Below are positions 51,923 to 63,148 of a stretch of DNA of 64,000 bases, piece after piece. A program made the translations under genes and the position numbers. How positions within the stretch are numbered: position 1 is the stretch's first letter; the number at the start of each line of letters is the position of its first letter. The notes below the pieces were generated by a model. It did not search any database and was not told the DNA's origin. It worked only from the letters and a program-made list of their open reading frames with translations. This DNA comes from an uncultured Candidatus Saccharibacteria bacterium (GTDB lineage Bacteria > Patescibacteriota > Saccharimonadia > Saccharimonadales > JALRHH01), in contig CAZXDT010000001.1 of NCBI GenBank assembly GCA_964639295.1, positions 52,784 through 116,783 on the forward strand, in the 5' to 3' direction.

Positions 51923-52882
51923 CTATTTATTAGCGCGTCGTTGCTTATCTAATGTTATCTCTCGAATATTTTGATGAGCAGGGTGGATACGTTGCTTTGG
52001 CAGAATTGGGGCAGGATCTCCTTCTCGACGCTGTCGAGGTATAAATTGATTAATTGCCGCGACCAGTCCATCGTCATCTATATGTGGTGCAACGTAACCA
52101 TTGTCGCCCATTGCTAGTACTAACCTTTTGAGTTGATCCGTCGCATTACCCATAGCAACACCTACACCACACACCTCAATAAATTCGCTATCTGATGTAC
52201 TATCGCCAATCGCCAAAATGTCATTTGTGGCTATACCGTGAAATTGAGCCATAGTTTCTGGTGCAGTAGCCTTGGAGACATCTGCCCGAGTAATGAGTGC
52301 AGCGTCACGGTTTTGCATCTGAGGATGGCCAGCCCAACTGACCGATAGCTCATTTCCTGCTGCTTCTGAAAGTTTATTACGCATGGTGGTATTGTCTCGA
52401 TCAAGCGCGACATGAAGCCGGACCGGGGCCGCACCAAGCGCGACGTATAGATTACCCACTAATTCAGGCTTGCGACCTAAAATATCCGCATATTCTTCTT
52501 GTTCTTCATAGCCCTCAAATCGTTTATCGGCTAAGTATCTATCAGGGGTGTGTATCGCTACCGGCAGGTCATTATCTAGGCAAAAGTCGATCATCCTCTT
52601 TGCTGCACCGATATGCAGCCGTTTAACTTCAATGTGTGAGCCGTCTTTACCTTCGGTAACAACTGCAGCATTGTCTGAAAATTGAGGACCCTCAAGCTTC
52701 AACTCCTGTACTAAATTCTCAATCGCAAAGTAAGGCTTAGCGGTACAGAGGCTAATTGGCATACCCATATTACGTATTTCATGCAACCTAGCTACAACTT
52801 CTTCGCTGGGGTCTGGGTAGTTAAAACCAGGCCGATCACCGACAAGTACGCCATCAACATCTGTTAGTATGCCTTCTATCAT
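51923..52882 (-). CDS. Cof-type HAD hydrolase
   Basis: DVDG, GDSTSD, AMGNA. Confidence 0.88.
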   Translation of the reverse strand: MIEGILTDVDGVLVGDRPGFNYPDPSEEVVARLHEIRNMGMPISLCTAKPYFAIENLVQELKLEGPQFSDNAAVVTEGKDGSHIEVKRLHIGAAKRMIDFCLDNDLPVAIHTPDRYLADKRFEGYEEQEEYADILGRKPELVGNLYVALGAAPVRLHVALDRDNTTMRNKLSEAAGNELSVSWAGHPQMQNRDAALITRADVSKATAPETMAQFHGIATNDILAIGDSTSDSEFIEVCGVGVAMGNATDQLKRLVLAMGDNGYVAPHIDDDGLVAAINQFIPRQRREGDPAPILPKQRIHPAHQNIREITLDKQRRANK

Positions 52883-53027
52883 TGCCGTATTTTACTATAT
52901 CCGTGTTAATACCGTCGGTAATCTAGATTACAAGGTATACAACGTCGTTCATATGCCAACAGTAACGATACTGCAGCATGTGAGATATGTGCAGTAGGAT
53001 TGACTACAGTGTGTTATATTGAATAAT

Positions 53028-53693
53028 ATGAGAACCAACCGGCAACAAGCTGATCTTGAGAAACTCATCCTCTCTGGTAGGCGTATTAGGATGCCTAAGG
53101 GCCAGGCACTGTACTTTACTGACGACCAATATACCTTGATTATACTGACCGAAGGGTTTGTTAAGCGGTACCTCATTACAAACGATGGTTCGCAAAGCAT
53201 TCAATCTATCTACGGTGCGTATGATGTCTTCCCGATAACTCCCGTATTTAAAATTCTGTTTGGACAGCCCGTCTATACCGGTCTTGAAACCGCATACTAC
53301 GAAGCCGTAACACCGATAACATTCCATGCCATCAACCGAGCCACACTTGAACAGGCCGTCCAAGATAATCCAAAACTCCATAGAGACATCCTATATGCAT
53401 GTGGTATTCGACTACGTACTAGTATGCAGCGACTCGAGAATTCATCACTTAAAAGTGCTAAAAAACAGATTGCCCATGAACTTGTTTTCCTCGCTGAAGA
53501 GTTCGGTAGCAAAAAAGACGGTAAGGTATATATTGATATGCCTCTTACGCACCAAACACTCGCATCAATTCTTAATTTAGCTCGGGAAACGGTGACTGTT
53601 GCGTTGAACAGACTTGCGGAAAAAGAACTGATAGAGACAGGGGCCGGACTAGTGATACTAGACCTTGAAGGCTTGATTAAAGCCGCCAGATAA
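53028..53693 (+). CDS. Crp/Fnr family transcriptional regulator
   Basis: LTHQTLA..LARETVT HTH. Confidence 0.9.
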   Translation: MRTNRQQADLEKLILSGRRIRMPKGQALYFTDDQYTLIILTEGFVKRYLITNDGSQSIQSIYGAYDVFPITPVFKILFGQPVYTGLETAYYEAVTPITFHAINRATLEQAVQDNPKLHRDILYACGIRLRTSMQRLENSSLKSAKKQIAHELVFLAEEFGSKKDGKVYIDMPLTHQTLASILNLARETVTVALNRLAEKELIETGAGLVILDLEGLIKAAR

Positions 53694-53827
53694 ATTCTTT
53701 AGAACTTTTTTGATTATATTACTATTACATGGTATTATTAGTGCATTATATAGGCGGTCTTTTTAATGCATCGTTGTCTATTTCAACCAAGGCATTAACC
53801 AGACCACACAAATACCAGGAGATAACC

Positions 53828-54316
53828 GTGATAGAGCTTTGCGACCACAAAGCTGTCGGAGTCATTATCCATAACCCCGAAGGTGATGTTGCTTTACTCC
53901 GGAGAACCCAATTTCCGTTAGGTATGACGCCTCCAACAGGGCATGTTGATGACCACGGTGGACTCAGGCAAGCTGCGGTTGATGAGGTTAGAGAGGAAAG
54001 TGGGCTCATTGTTTGCCCCGAGGATCTTGTTGAAACCGAGATCAGTAACTGGCTTATAACAGCAAAATGTCGCAGGTTAAACGGTAATCATCACTACTGG
54101 ACAGTGTACAAAACGGCTGAGTTCAAGGGTTCATTGACACCAAATATCACCGAGACAGAAGATGGTGACTGGTACGACAGAGTCGCACTGCAATCATTAG
54201 CCAACATAACTCATAATTACATGGAACGTCGAATCAGCAAGACTGAGTGGCAAAAAAACCCTGGCCTCGAAACTACATGGCTACGATCTCTTGTAGTACT
54301 TGGTTATGTGAAATAA
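53828..54316 (+). CDS. NUDIX hydrolase
   Basis: GHVD...EVREESG; GTG start after AGGAG (start uncertain). Confidence 0.8.
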   Translation: MIELCDHKAVGVIIHNPEGDVALLRRTQFPLGMTPPTGHVDDHGGLRQAAVDEVREESGLIVCPEDLVETEISNWLITAKCRRLNGNHHYWTVYKTAEFKGSLTPNITETEDGDWYDRVALQSLANITHNYMERRISKTEWQKNPGLETTWLRSLVVLGYVK

Positions 54317-54349
54317 ATAACCAAAAGCTGTCCAAAATAGATGTATTTA

Positions 54350-54601
54350 TCAAGAAATATTAAGCGCTTGCTTAAACTTACCGTGATCAAAGCCTAGTAT
54401 TTTTGTGTTAGTACCATCGTCGGCCGTGATAACGGTAAACGGCACACCGATCATGCCATCATTGACAGACAAGAATTCAGCCATTGCAGCTGGATCCTCG
54501 TCGGTGTTTTTCTTAGTGTACGCAATGCTTTGCTTATCAAGCCAGCCAGTCACCAAGTGACAGGTCGCGCAGGTTGTTGTTGAGTAAATTGTTACATTCA
54601 T
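54350..54601 (-). CDS. Glutaredoxin-like protein
   Basis: CATC, GVP, ILGFD. Confidence 0.85.
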   Translation of the reverse strand: MNVTIYSTTTCATCHLVTGWLDKQSIAYTKKNTDEDPAAMAEFLSVNDGMIGVPFTVITADDGTNTKILGFDHGKFKQALNIS

Positions 54602-54619
54602 AGTTTCTCCTATTATTTA

Positions 54620-56320
54620 TTAGCTTCCGAAGGTAAATGCATTTAACTCTGTACCATCTGGCACGCTTAGTTCGATAACTCCGTCGTCCCGAAACTTATC
54701 GTACATCACCAAACGATACAGCTTATTCTCTCCGACAGTAACTTTGCTCTGTTTAACATCTGACCCAGCAGCACCCTCGCTGCTAATTAGCTGACCATTG
54801 AGTGTCACGCTGATCATGGCTGGAGTAGGTGACCCCATAACCAAATATGCTTCCTTGGCAGCAATATGGAACCTAAGAATGCTGTTACCTCGGGCAATTA
54901 TCTTCTGATCCCTGACTTCCCAAATACCACCTAGTGTCCAATGATTCTTTGGCAGGGCAGAGGCAGGAGTAAAATTCTGGATAGGTGCTGCAGCGATAGC
55001 TTTATCGTTATCAAAGTTGCTAGCCCGTGCTGAACCGAGGTATGTTTCCGGTGTCTGCATGGCACTTATTGGTGGTGCACTGCTATTTGTTGTCATTTTA
55101 GTGCTACCGAGATTTACACCGTTTTCAGTAAGCAATAATCTAATCGCTTCTTCAGTTTTATCGTACTCGCCCTCGCCCTCATGAACACGGCGAACTTTGC
55201 CGTTTGCATCAATAAGGTATCCGGCAGGCCATGAGCGATTCTGGAAGGCAGCCCAAGTTGCAAAATCATTATCAAGTGCTACAGGGTAGGGAATGCCTTG
55301 ATCCCGCACTGCCTTCTCGACATTAGCCTTGTTCTTTTCGAAGGCAAACTCAGGCGCATGCACCCCAACAATGACAAAACCTTTGTCTTTGTACGTGTTA
55401 TACCAATCGATAAGATAGGGATTATTACGAATACAATTGATACAGCTGTATGTCCAGAAATCTACTAGGACAACTTTGCCCTTCAGATCGCTCTTAGTTA
55501 GTGGCTTGCCATTAATCCAGTCGTTTAGCCCTGTGAATTCCGGCGCATCGTATGGCTTAGCAACATTCAATACCTCGCTATTTGTTTCACGTCCTTTTGG
55601 AAGCAGTCCGCTTGATATTGAGTCAAAATTAAATACTGTATGGGTAGAAACGAATGTTTGGAACTTTTTGTCATACCCTGTCATGATGAATATACCGGTG
55701 ATTATGAACAATATCGCCAAGGTTCGCTGGAACCAACCTTTTGGGTTACTCGCAAACTTAATCTTTGCAACAAATGTTTGACCGTAATATCCAATTAGTA
55801 GCAGTACCAGGCTAAGACCTAATATATATGAGGTAATGTAAATCATCGCCTGGACAAAATTGACAGGCAAGACAGTAGCTAGGATATATGCATATACAGG
55901 ACTGCAGCTAGAGAACACGGGACCTAGTGCGGCGCCAATGATAATTGGCCCACGGTACTTATTGACGTTTGTGTAGCCCTTAGTTAATCCACCTAGCGCA
56001 CGCTGTTCTATCCCAAGTCTCGCAATAAGCCTGGCATAGAGTGAGGGAAACAGCGTGAGCAGGCCAAGAGTAAGTACGATACCACCAGATATATAGGTAA
56101 AGGTGGTTGGTGGGATATCAATCAGTAGGGTGGTAGCTTTAAGCAGCAATGTAAAGGCAAACAGTGAAACAGCCAGTGAGGCAGCAATAATAAGTGGCCG
56201 CTTTTTGTCTTTGGTGTCACCCCCGACTGAGCCACCGATGATAACAGGTAGTAGAAACAGTACGCACGGAGCGAGTACTGTCAGTATACCGGCTATGAAT
56301 GATCCGAAAAGTAGAAACAT
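54620..56320 (-). CDS. dipZ: DipZ-like CcdA + thioredoxin fusion
   Basis: LAPCV, SCSP, FWTYSCINC, HAPEFAFE, FTFG end. Confidence 0.9.
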   Translation of the reverse strand: MFLLFGSFIAGILTVLAPCVLFLLPVIIGGSVGGDTKDKKRPLIIAASLAVSLFAFTLLLKATTLLIDIPPTTFTYISGGIVLTLGLLTLFPSLYARLIARLGIEQRALGGLTKGYTNVNKYRGPIIIGAALGPVFSSCSPVYAYILATVLPVNFVQAMIYITSYILGLSLVLLLIGYYGQTFVAKIKFASNPKGWFQRTLAILFIITGIFIMTGYDKKFQTFVSTHTVFNFDSISSGLLPKGRETNSEVLNVAKPYDAPEFTGLNDWINGKPLTKSDLKGKVVLVDFWTYSCINCIRNNPYLIDWYNTYKDKGFVIVGVHAPEFAFEKNKANVEKAVRDQGIPYPVALDNDFATWAAFQNRSWPAGYLIDANGKVRRVHEGEGEYDKTEEAIRLLLTENGVNLGSTKMTTNSSAPPISAMQTPETYLGSARASNFDNDKAIAAAPIQNFTPASALPKNHWTLGGIWEVRDQKIIARGNSILRFHIAAKEAYLVMGSPTPAMISVTLNGQLISSEGAAGSDVKQSKVTVGENKLYRLVMYDKFRDDGVIELSVPDGTELNAFTFGS

Positions 56321-56466
56321 ATTTTCTCCTGGTTAATAGATACGTGCTTTATTTGAGCCCGCTGTGGTAGGTGGCAGATCAGTACAATATACACTTAAAA
56401 TACTGTCCAACATCTACACACAGCAGACCTAAACAAAGCAGGGAACTAAAAGTTGTTAATTTTAGT

Positions 56467-56496
56467 GCTCGTAGTGAGTGCGTACTCACTACGAGC
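56467..56496. terminator. Strong hairpin downstream of the fasciclin gene
   Basis: GCTCGTAGTGAGT/ACTCACTACGAGC. Confidence 0.6.
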
Positions 56497-56511
56497 CATT
56501 TGGGCACTCTA

Positions 56512-57141
56512 CTAGAGAGTACTTGGGTTTACTGGAAGTAATACGTTCTTAATAACGTGAGTTACTCCGTTGCTTGAGATAACATCAGCTGTCTCAATTT
56601 CAACTTGCTGCATAGTTGCGTCAACAACATATACTTTGTTGTCTACAACCTTGAAGCTTAGTGTTCCACCTTGCACAGTCTTAACTGTTGCACCACTTGC
56701 TGCCATCGCACGTAGATCAGCAGTTGTGTATGTACCAGCTACGACATGGTAAGTAAGTACTGTCTTGAGTAGGTCGTTATTGCCAGCAACCTTAGACAAG
56801 ATGTCCTTAGGTACTGCGTTAAACGCGTCATTGCTTGGAGCAAAGACCGTGAATGGACCAGTACTCTTAAGCGTGTCTACAAGACCAGCTTGCTTAACAA
56901 GGCCGACGACTGTTGTTACGTTGGATGCATTAACTGCATTATCAACGATATCCTTATTGGCAACCATCTTAGCGCCACCGACAGTTACACCGTCAGAAGC
57001 ATCAGCCTTCATAGAGCTTTCTGAACTTTTTGCTTTATTGTCATCTTTGTTGTTACCAGCTGCGTAACCAATACCGCCACCTACGACTGCACCGATTACG
57101 AGTGTTACAAGCACTCCGACTATTTTATTGTGATCTGACAT
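56512..57141 (-). CDS. Fasciclin (FAS1) domain protein
   Basis: FTVFAPSNDAF, LTYHVV, NGVTHVI. Confidence 0.93.
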   Translation of the reverse strand: MSDHNKIVGVLVTLVIGAVVGGGIGYAAGNNKDDNKAKSSESSMKADASDGVTVGGAKMVANKDIVDNAVNASNVTTVVGLVKQAGLVDTLKSTGPFTVFAPSNDAFNAVPKDILSKVAGNNDLLKTVLTYHVVAGTYTTADLRAMAASGATVKTVQGGTLSFKVVDNKVYVVDATMQQVEIETADVISSNGVTHVIKNVLLPVNPSTL

Positions 57142-57178
57142 TTTGTCCTCCTTGAACCCCGCAGGGCTTTGATGTTAG

Positions 57179-57213
57179 GTTTACTTGACTTAGTAAACAT
57201 ACTTTGATAGTAT
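57179..57213 (+). promoter_or_regulatory. MarR promoter with palindromic operator
   Basis: GTTTACT-N6-AGTAAAC over TTGACT-17-TAGTAT. Confidence 0.6.
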
Positions 57214-57222
57214 AGTAGTGTT

Positions 57223-57693
57223 ATGAACGTGTCAAACAAATTGTCAACAACAGGTAAGTCTATCCAAGACATCACCACATACCAAGTAGGTGCTATTGAG
57301 TCTGCAGCCCACCGGGCACTACGCCAGCACAAAGATAGTCTTCTGAAAGAGTATGGCATTACAGGTATGGATTGGTATGTAATCGGGCTCGTAGCCGATC
57401 ATGGAACCGATGGTATCCGCACTACTGACCTTGCCGATCAGCTTGGAACTACTATGGGATTTTTGACAAAGACTGTTAATCTTCTAGAAGCCAAGAACAT
57501 ATTGCACCGCGCAGCAAATGCTAAAGATGCACGCTCGCACTATATTATTTTGAATAAGCTATATGTAAAGACAGTTAACGAGATTGAGATAGCACTTCGT
57601 GACAAATTACGTGGCACTATATATAGCGTTGTTACGCAAGAGGAACTCAAGACATATATTGAGGTCATGGAAAAGTTCAGTAAACTGGCGTAA
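57223..57693 (+). CDS. MarR family regulator
   Basis: DLA..L, LE.K, DARS wing. Confidence 0.85.
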   Translation: MNVSNKLSTTGKSIQDITTYQVGAIESAAHRALRQHKDSLLKEYGITGMDWYVIGLVADHGTDGIRTTDLADQLGTTMGFLTKTVNLLEAKNILHRAANAKDARSHYIILNKLYVKTVNEIEIALRDKLRGTIYSVVTQEELKTYIEVMEKFSKLA

Positions 57694-57773
57694 ATATCGT
57701 TCAGTTTAGACACAGACAAAGTTAGTAGACTCCTATAGTTGCTTATTAAAGTGACGATAACGATAGGAGTGCC

Positions 57774-58298
57774 ATGAAGAAACATTTAGTAATTGCTGCT
57801 TCGGTAGCCACCATTGGTCTCGCAGGTCTTGGTGCTGGTGTCGCCCATGCTGCAACGTCGTCCAGTACAAAGGCCGATCCAATGTCGAGTCTAGTCGATA
57901 AGATTGCGACTAAGTTCAATCTTAATAAGTCGGAGGTGCAGCAGGTTTTTGATGCTCAAAAGACCGAAATGCAAGCCCAGCGTGAAACAGAAGTTAAGGC
58001 TGATGTCGCAAAGCTTGTCACAGACGGCAAGATTACACAGGCACAAGCTGACTTAATCAATGCCAAGCGCGAAGAGCTTGAGAAGCAACGTGAAACTGAC
58101 AGAGCAAGCTTTGACAGTATGAGCGATGCCGACCGCAAGACAGCCATGGATAAGAAAAAGACTGATCTTGAGTCATGGGCCAAGACAAACGGCATAGATA
58201 CACAGTATCTTCGTTATGTCATGGGCGGTGGCCACGGTCACGGAGGCCCTGGCGGCCACCATGGTGACATAGACAAGCCAGCCGACACCAACCAATAG
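57774..58298 (+). CDS. Secreted helical protein with GH-rich tail
   Basis: AHA signal cleavage; GKITQAQAD. Confidence 0.7.
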   Translation: MKKHLVIAASVATIGLAGLGAGVAHAATSSSTKADPMSSLVDKIATKFNLNKSEVQQVFDAQKTEMQAQRETEVKADVAKLVTDGKITQAQADLINAKREELEKQRETDRASFDSMSDADRKTAMDKKKTDLESWAKTNGIDTQYLRYVMGGGHGHGGPGGHHGDIDKPADTNQ

Positions 58299-58317
58299 TC
58301 CTATACACCTCCAAACT

Positions 58318-58348
58318 AATACCGGCCTCGCCCAGGCCGGTATTTTTA
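58318..58348 (+). terminator. Intrinsic terminator
   Basis: AATACCGGCCT/AGGCCGGTATTTTT. Confidence 0.8.
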
Positions 58349-58408
58349 TGTAGTGTAGTGATGCTTTCTCTCAGCTAACTTTCAAGTAAGGGTATAATAA
58401 TGGGGTAC

Positions 58409-59095
58409 ATGAGAATACTTATTGTAGAAGACGAACACAAGATTGCCAGCGCGATTAAGCGCGGGCTTGAGCAACAATCATACGCGGTTGATATTGCGTA
58501 TGACGGTGACGATGGGTTAGCTATGGCTACTACCGAACCGTATGACCTTATTATTTTAGACCGCATGCTGCCTGGAACTATTGATGGCATTGGCATATTG
58601 CAGAAACTACGTAAACAAAACATCCACACTCCGATTTTATTGCTAACTGCCAAAGATCGTGTTCTGGACAGGGCAGAAGGGCTTAATGCAGGAGCAGATG
58701 ATTATCTTGTTAAACCGTTTGCATTCGTTGAGTTAATCGCTCGTGTTCGCGCATTACTCCGTCGCTCACCCAAAACTACCGGAACCGTCCTTAGTTATGA
58801 CACATTGCATGTCGACCCAGAAAACATGACTGTTGAGCGTGACGGTAAGCAGATCCAAGTAACGGCAAAAGAGTTTGCACTACTCGAATATTTTTTACGG
58901 AACAAAGAACGCATAGTTAGCAAAGACACACTCATGCAACATGTATGGGACTACGATGCAGATATATTGCCAAACACTGTTGAGGTATACATTGGATACC
59001 TGCGTAACAAAATCGACAAGCCGTTCAAGGGCGCTACTGAGTTGATCCATACCCGGCGTGGATTCGGATACTATTTTGGGGCTAAGCCGTCGTGA
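58409..59095 (+). CDS. OmpR-family response regulator
   Basis: [25 protein letters not shown]. Confidence 0.95.
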   Translation: MRILIVEDEHKIASAIKRGLEQQSYAVDIAYDGDDGLAMATTEPYDLIILDRMLPGTIDGIGILQKLRKQNIHTPILLLTAKDRVLDRAEGLNAGADDYLVKPFAFVELIARVRALLRRSPKTTGTVLSYDTLHVDPENMTVERDGKQIQVTAKEFALLEYFLRNKERIVSKDTLMQHVWDYDADILPNTVEVYIGYLRNKIDKPFKGATELIHTRRGFGYYFGAKPS

Positions 59096-60111
59096 ATCTA
59101 CACAAAGGCTCACTAAAACTTGCGGGGCTTTATCTGGGAGTGCTGATGATAATCAGCCTCTTTTTTAGTACTACGTTGTATCAGACTTCTATCAAGGAAC
59201 TAGAGCGTGGTTTGCGACGCCCGACGGCAGTATTCAATACCCTAGAAGGCCCAGGCAGTGGCTTCCCGGTAAATATTCGAACACAGTTTCTCGACGAGCG
59301 TGAAGCACAATACCAAGAAGCCCACGATAGAATACTCAATAACTTAATCCTTACTAACTTATTGATCCTGGTTGGTGGTGGAGCACTGTGTTACTACCTT
59401 GCACTCCGGACACTCAAACCAATCGAGGAAGCTCACGAAGCGCAGAGTCGCTTCACGGCAGATGCTAGCCATGAACTGCGTACACCAATTACTGCCATGC
59501 GTACAGAAAACGAAGTTGCACTAATGGACCCTAAACTGACGCTCAAAGATGCTAAACAACAGCTCAAGAGTAATGTCGAAGAGCTCGAAAAATTATCTAG
59601 TTTATCGGAAGGCTTGTTACGGCTCGCCCAAATAGACAATAACCACCTAGTAAAGTCTGCAGTAAAAGCAGAAACCATAGCTCAAGCAGCCGTTAATCGA
59701 GTACTGCCACAAGCCGAAACGCATGGGGTACTCATAAAATCAGAAATCAAGACTAATACGGAAGTACTTGTTGATGAAGCCAGTGCCACGGAAGCGCTTG
59801 TGACATTGATAGATAACGCCGTTAAATACTCACCCAGAAATTCTGAAGTGATTGTGCGTGTTACACATGATCAAAAACAAGCACTCTTCCAGGTAATCGA
59901 CAATGGGGCAGGTATCAAAAAAGGAGAACTACCCTACATCTTTGAACGTTTCTACCGCGCTGACGTATCCCGGACCAAGCAAAAAGTCGATGGCTACGGT
60001 CTAGGCCTAGCAATTGCACAAAACATCATTGAGCGACACGATGGCACAATCAGTGTAAAAAGTGCTCCCGGTAAAGGTTCAACTTTCACGATTAAGCTAC
60101 CTCTCAGTTAA
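59092..60111 (+). CDS. Sensor histidine kinase
   Basis: [25 protein letters not shown]. Confidence 0.95.
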   Translation: MNLHKGSLKLAGLYLGVLMIISLFFSTTLYQTSIKELERGLRRPTAVFNTLEGPGSGFPVNIRTQFLDEREAQYQEAHDRILNNLILTNLLILVGGGALCYYLALRTLKPIEEAHEAQSRFTADASHELRTPITAMRTENEVALMDPKLTLKDAKQQLKSNVEELEKLSSLSEGLLRLAQIDNNHLVKSAVKAETIAQAAVNRVLPQAETHGVLIKSEIKTNTEVLVDEASATEALVTLIDNAVKYSPRNSEVIVRVTHDQKQALFQVIDNGAGIKKGELPYIFERFYRADVSRTKQKVDGYGLGLAIAQNIIERHDGTISVKSAPGKGSTFTIKLPLS

Positions 60112-60154
60112 GCGTTATTAACTAAAGGTAATTAACTAAAATGAGGGACATTAC

Positions 60155-61573
60155 ATGAGTGTTATTACTAGGGGGATCAAAAACTCGGTACGTAACCCAG
60201 CACGAACAGCTTCGGTTGTAGCATTGTTAGGCGTGGCGACTGCTTTTGCATTAAGTTTACTGTTAGCTAACCAAGCAGTTAAATCTAAAATAGAAAGTCT
60301 GAAGACATCGGGCGCTACTACGCTGACAATACAGTCAGCTGGATCAGCTGCTGGTCCTGGATTCCAGGGTGGTGGGGAACCTCTCACCAATGATATGTAC
60401 AATCAAGTTAAAGGTCTTGAGCACATTACCGATACTGGTGCTTCAACTGGTGGGGGTGGAGTGCGCGTAATGCGCGCCGAGGCAGGACAACAAGAACAAG
60501 GTACAGCGACATTTACCGCACCACAATCAGAAATCAATCTAGAGTCACCCGTAGACGCTGGTACGCTTGGCCGTAGACAATTTAGGGGCAATACTTCAAC
60601 AGAAAGTGTACCCAACTTTAAACTTCCCGTACAAGCAACAGGTGTTAGCGGTAACCTTGACCAAACAGGCAAAAACTATGTCCTGACGGCTGGAACTTGG
60701 TTTACCACAGAAGACGGCTATCAGGCGGTGGTAGGTAAAGATTTGGCAAGTCACAACAAGCTCAGTATTGGCTCCACGTTCACCGGATACAATCAGACAT
60801 TTACCGTAGTAGGTATTTACGATGCAGGCGATACTTTCCGCAATGCAACGGTGCTTATGCCACTTAAAACATTCCAAACAGTATCTAACCAACCAGGTGA
60901 GCTACGATCTATCATCGTAAAAGTAGATTCAATCGACAACATAGACACTGTACAAACCGCGATTAAAGACAAACTCGGTAGCAGCAAAGTAGATATCACG
61001 TCATCTGCACAGAGTACTCAGGATGCGATTAATAGTTTAAAAAGCATCCAGCATATTTCACTGGCTGGAGTCGTGATTGCCCTAGCTGCGGCGGCAGTAA
61101 TTCTATTCATGGTTATGATAATGATTGTCCGTGAACGTAAAAAAGAGATAGCTGTACTAAAGGCTATTGGCGGCAGTAACATCAAAATTACCGCTCAGTT
61201 TGTAACAGAAGCAGTCGCATTGACAGTAATTAGTATCGTTTTAGGAAGTATCATTGCACTCGCCAGCAGTAATCAAATTACTCGGTTACTGATCAATAGT
61301 AATACTACCGACACAAACTCCACGAGCCAATCAACAGGTACTACGACTGCTACAGCCAGTGGTGGTGCTAGTTTCCGCCGAATCGTTGGTGGACCAGGTG
61401 CCGAGCAACAAACAACATCTAAGGAATTATTGAAAGATGTTAAAGCGGATGTAGGTGCAAGCTTCTTGATAGAGGGCTTCTTGGCAGCAATTCTGATTGG
61501 CGCCCTTGGCTCTGCAATTCCTGCATACGCAATATCTAAAGTCCGCCCAGCGGAAGTGTTAAGAGGAGAGTGA
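60155..61573 (+). CDS. MacB/FtsX-family ABC permease
   Basis: ERKKEIAVLKAIG, P.EVLR. Confidence 0.9.
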   Translation: MSVITRGIKNSVRNPARTASVVALLGVATAFALSLLLANQAVKSKIESLKTSGATTLTIQSAGSAAGPGFQGGGEPLTNDMYNQVKGLEHITDTGASTGGGGVRVMRAEAGQQEQGTATFTAPQSEINLESPVDAGTLGRRQFRGNTSTESVPNFKLPVQATGVSGNLDQTGKNYVLTAGTWFTTEDGYQAVVGKDLASHNKLSIGSTFTGYNQTFTVVGIYDAGDTFRNATVLMPLKTFQTVSNQPGELRSIIVKVDSIDNIDTVQTAIKDKLGSSKVDITSSAQSTQDAINSLKSIQHISLAGVVIALAAAAVILFMVMIMIVRERKKEIAVLKAIGGSNIKITAQFVTEAVALTVISIVLGSIIALASSNQITRLLINSNTTDTNSTSQSTGTTTATASGGASFRRIVGGPGAEQQTTSKELLKDVKADVGASFLIEGFLAAILIGALGSAIPAYAISKVRPAEVLRGE

Positions 61574-61574
61574 A

Positions 61575-62252
61575 ATGTTACAAGTTAAAGATTTAAAGAA
61601 AACATTCAAATCTGGTGATCACACAGTTACTGCAGTTGATGATCTAAGCTTTACTGTTCCAGAAGGTACATTTGCGGCCATCGTTGGCAGGTCGGGATCT
61701 GGTAAGAGTACACTGCTTAGCCTGCTTGGTACGCTCGACCGCCCAACAAGTGGTGAGATTATCGTGGGTGACAAAGATGTAACTAAGATGAATGATCAAA
61801 AACTCATCAAGTATCGCAGGCAAACCATTGGGTTTGTATTCCAAAGTTACAACTTAATACCCAATTTAACAGCGCTTGAAAACGTCATGCTCCCAATGGA
61901 ATTCGCAGGTGTATCATCAACCAAAAGAAAAGAGCGTGCAAATGAACTGCTCACAGAAGTAGGATTAAGCGAAGACGAACAACACCGAAAACCGGCAAGA
62001 TTATCTGGTGGTCAACAACAACGCGTAGCTATTGCACGAGCCCTAGCCAACAAGCCACATCTTATCCTTGCCGACGAGCCGACTGGAAACCTAGACAGCC
62101 AAACGGGCAAGATGATATTCGATTTATTACATCACCTAGCAAAATCGGAGAACACGACAATTATTGCCGTAACTCACGATCTCTCTATTGCCGGAAAGAC
62201 TGACATGAGCTTTACCCTGACCGATGGAAAAATCCATAAATCGAAGCACTAG
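61575..62252 (+). CDS. LolD/MacB-type ABC ATP-binding protein
   Basis: [25 protein letters not shown]. Confidence 0.95.
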   Translation: MLQVKDLKKTFKSGDHTVTAVDDLSFTVPEGTFAAIVGRSGSGKSTLLSLLGTLDRPTSGEIIVGDKDVTKMNDQKLIKYRRQTIGFVFQSYNLIPNLTALENVMLPMEFAGVSSTKRKERANELLTEVGLSEDEQHRKPARLSGGQQQRVAIARALANKPHLILADEPTGNLDSQTGKMIFDLLHHLAKSENTTIIAVTHDLSIAGKTDMSFTLTDGKIHKSKH

Positions 62253-62281
62253 TCTGAAGCCGCATATGGTATCCTGATACT

Positions 62282-62911
62282 ATGCAACAAAAACAAAGTA
62301 CTCTGGCGACTTTACGTCGATTTATACGTCCAGAACCAGAAGAGCTCGTATTCTATCTCTTTGCACTTGCAACAATGCTAGGGATAGCGGGGTATAGAGT
62401 CGCCGTACAGGGACAAATTGGGGAAGATTCACAAAGTCTTATTGATGGACTTGGTGTCGCCAAAGAGACCTTATTTGGATTCTTTAATGCAACTGATTCC
62501 TGGGGTAGATTCTTCCTATTTGGGCTCTGGTTTTTGATCGGTACCGTTACATACATCATCGCATGGGCGGTAATCACTACACTTGTTGACCTATCAAATG
62601 ACATAAAGATTTCGTCTTCATTTGTACACCCTAAGTCGTTTCACCAATCAGATTACTGGGTGTCTATTCTGTCTCGAGCTATCCTTCGTACTTCAGCCGG
62701 AGGTGCGCTATTATTCTATGGCATATTTTGGCTCAGTGCATTCGCACCTGTATGGATCAGTTCCTTTCAGAGTACCTTCGGGCACGGCTTTACAGGAAAC
62801 CACATTACTGACTTTATAGTTGGGCTAGTTGGTGTTGCTTTCTCGCTGCATATTGCCGCAATTTTACTTCGACTTATGTTGCTACGCGCACACTATAGTT
62901 ACGAAGATTAA
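62282..62911 (+). CDS. Four-TM hypothetical protein
   Basis: Hydrophobic segments. Confidence 0.65.
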   Translation: MQQKQSTLATLRRFIRPEPEELVFYLFALATMLGIAGYRVAVQGQIGEDSQSLIDGLGVAKETLFGFFNATDSWGRFFLFGLWFLIGTVTYIIAWAVITTLVDLSNDIKISSSFVHPKSFHQSDYWVSILSRAILRTSAGGALLFYGIFWLSAFAPVWISSFQSTFGHGFTGNHITDFIVGLVGVAFSLHIAAILLRLMLLRAHYSYED

Positions 62912-62982
62912 GTTTGCAAGATATTTCATAGCTGATACTGTCCACCGAGCACATACTTACTAGGAATAACCAGGGGGTGTCT

Positions 62983-63117
62983 ATGGTTCAGTCCTACGAA
63001 GAGCGATACACCGGAGCTGAGTACCTGACCGGGCAAGAAGTGAGCTATGAAGAGATCATGGCAGTTTTAGCGAACCGTAATAGTATTTCGTCAATCGGCG
63101 ATAACGACATCATGTAG
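62983..63117 (+). CDS. Possible small protein (44 aa)
   Basis: AGGGGG RBS; MVQSYEERYTGAEY... Confidence 0.4.
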   Translation: MVQSYEERYTGAEYLTGQEVSYEEIMAVLANRNSISSIGDNDIM

Positions 63118-63148
63118 CTGCAAAAAGACTAGGTCCACTGGTGTGGTC

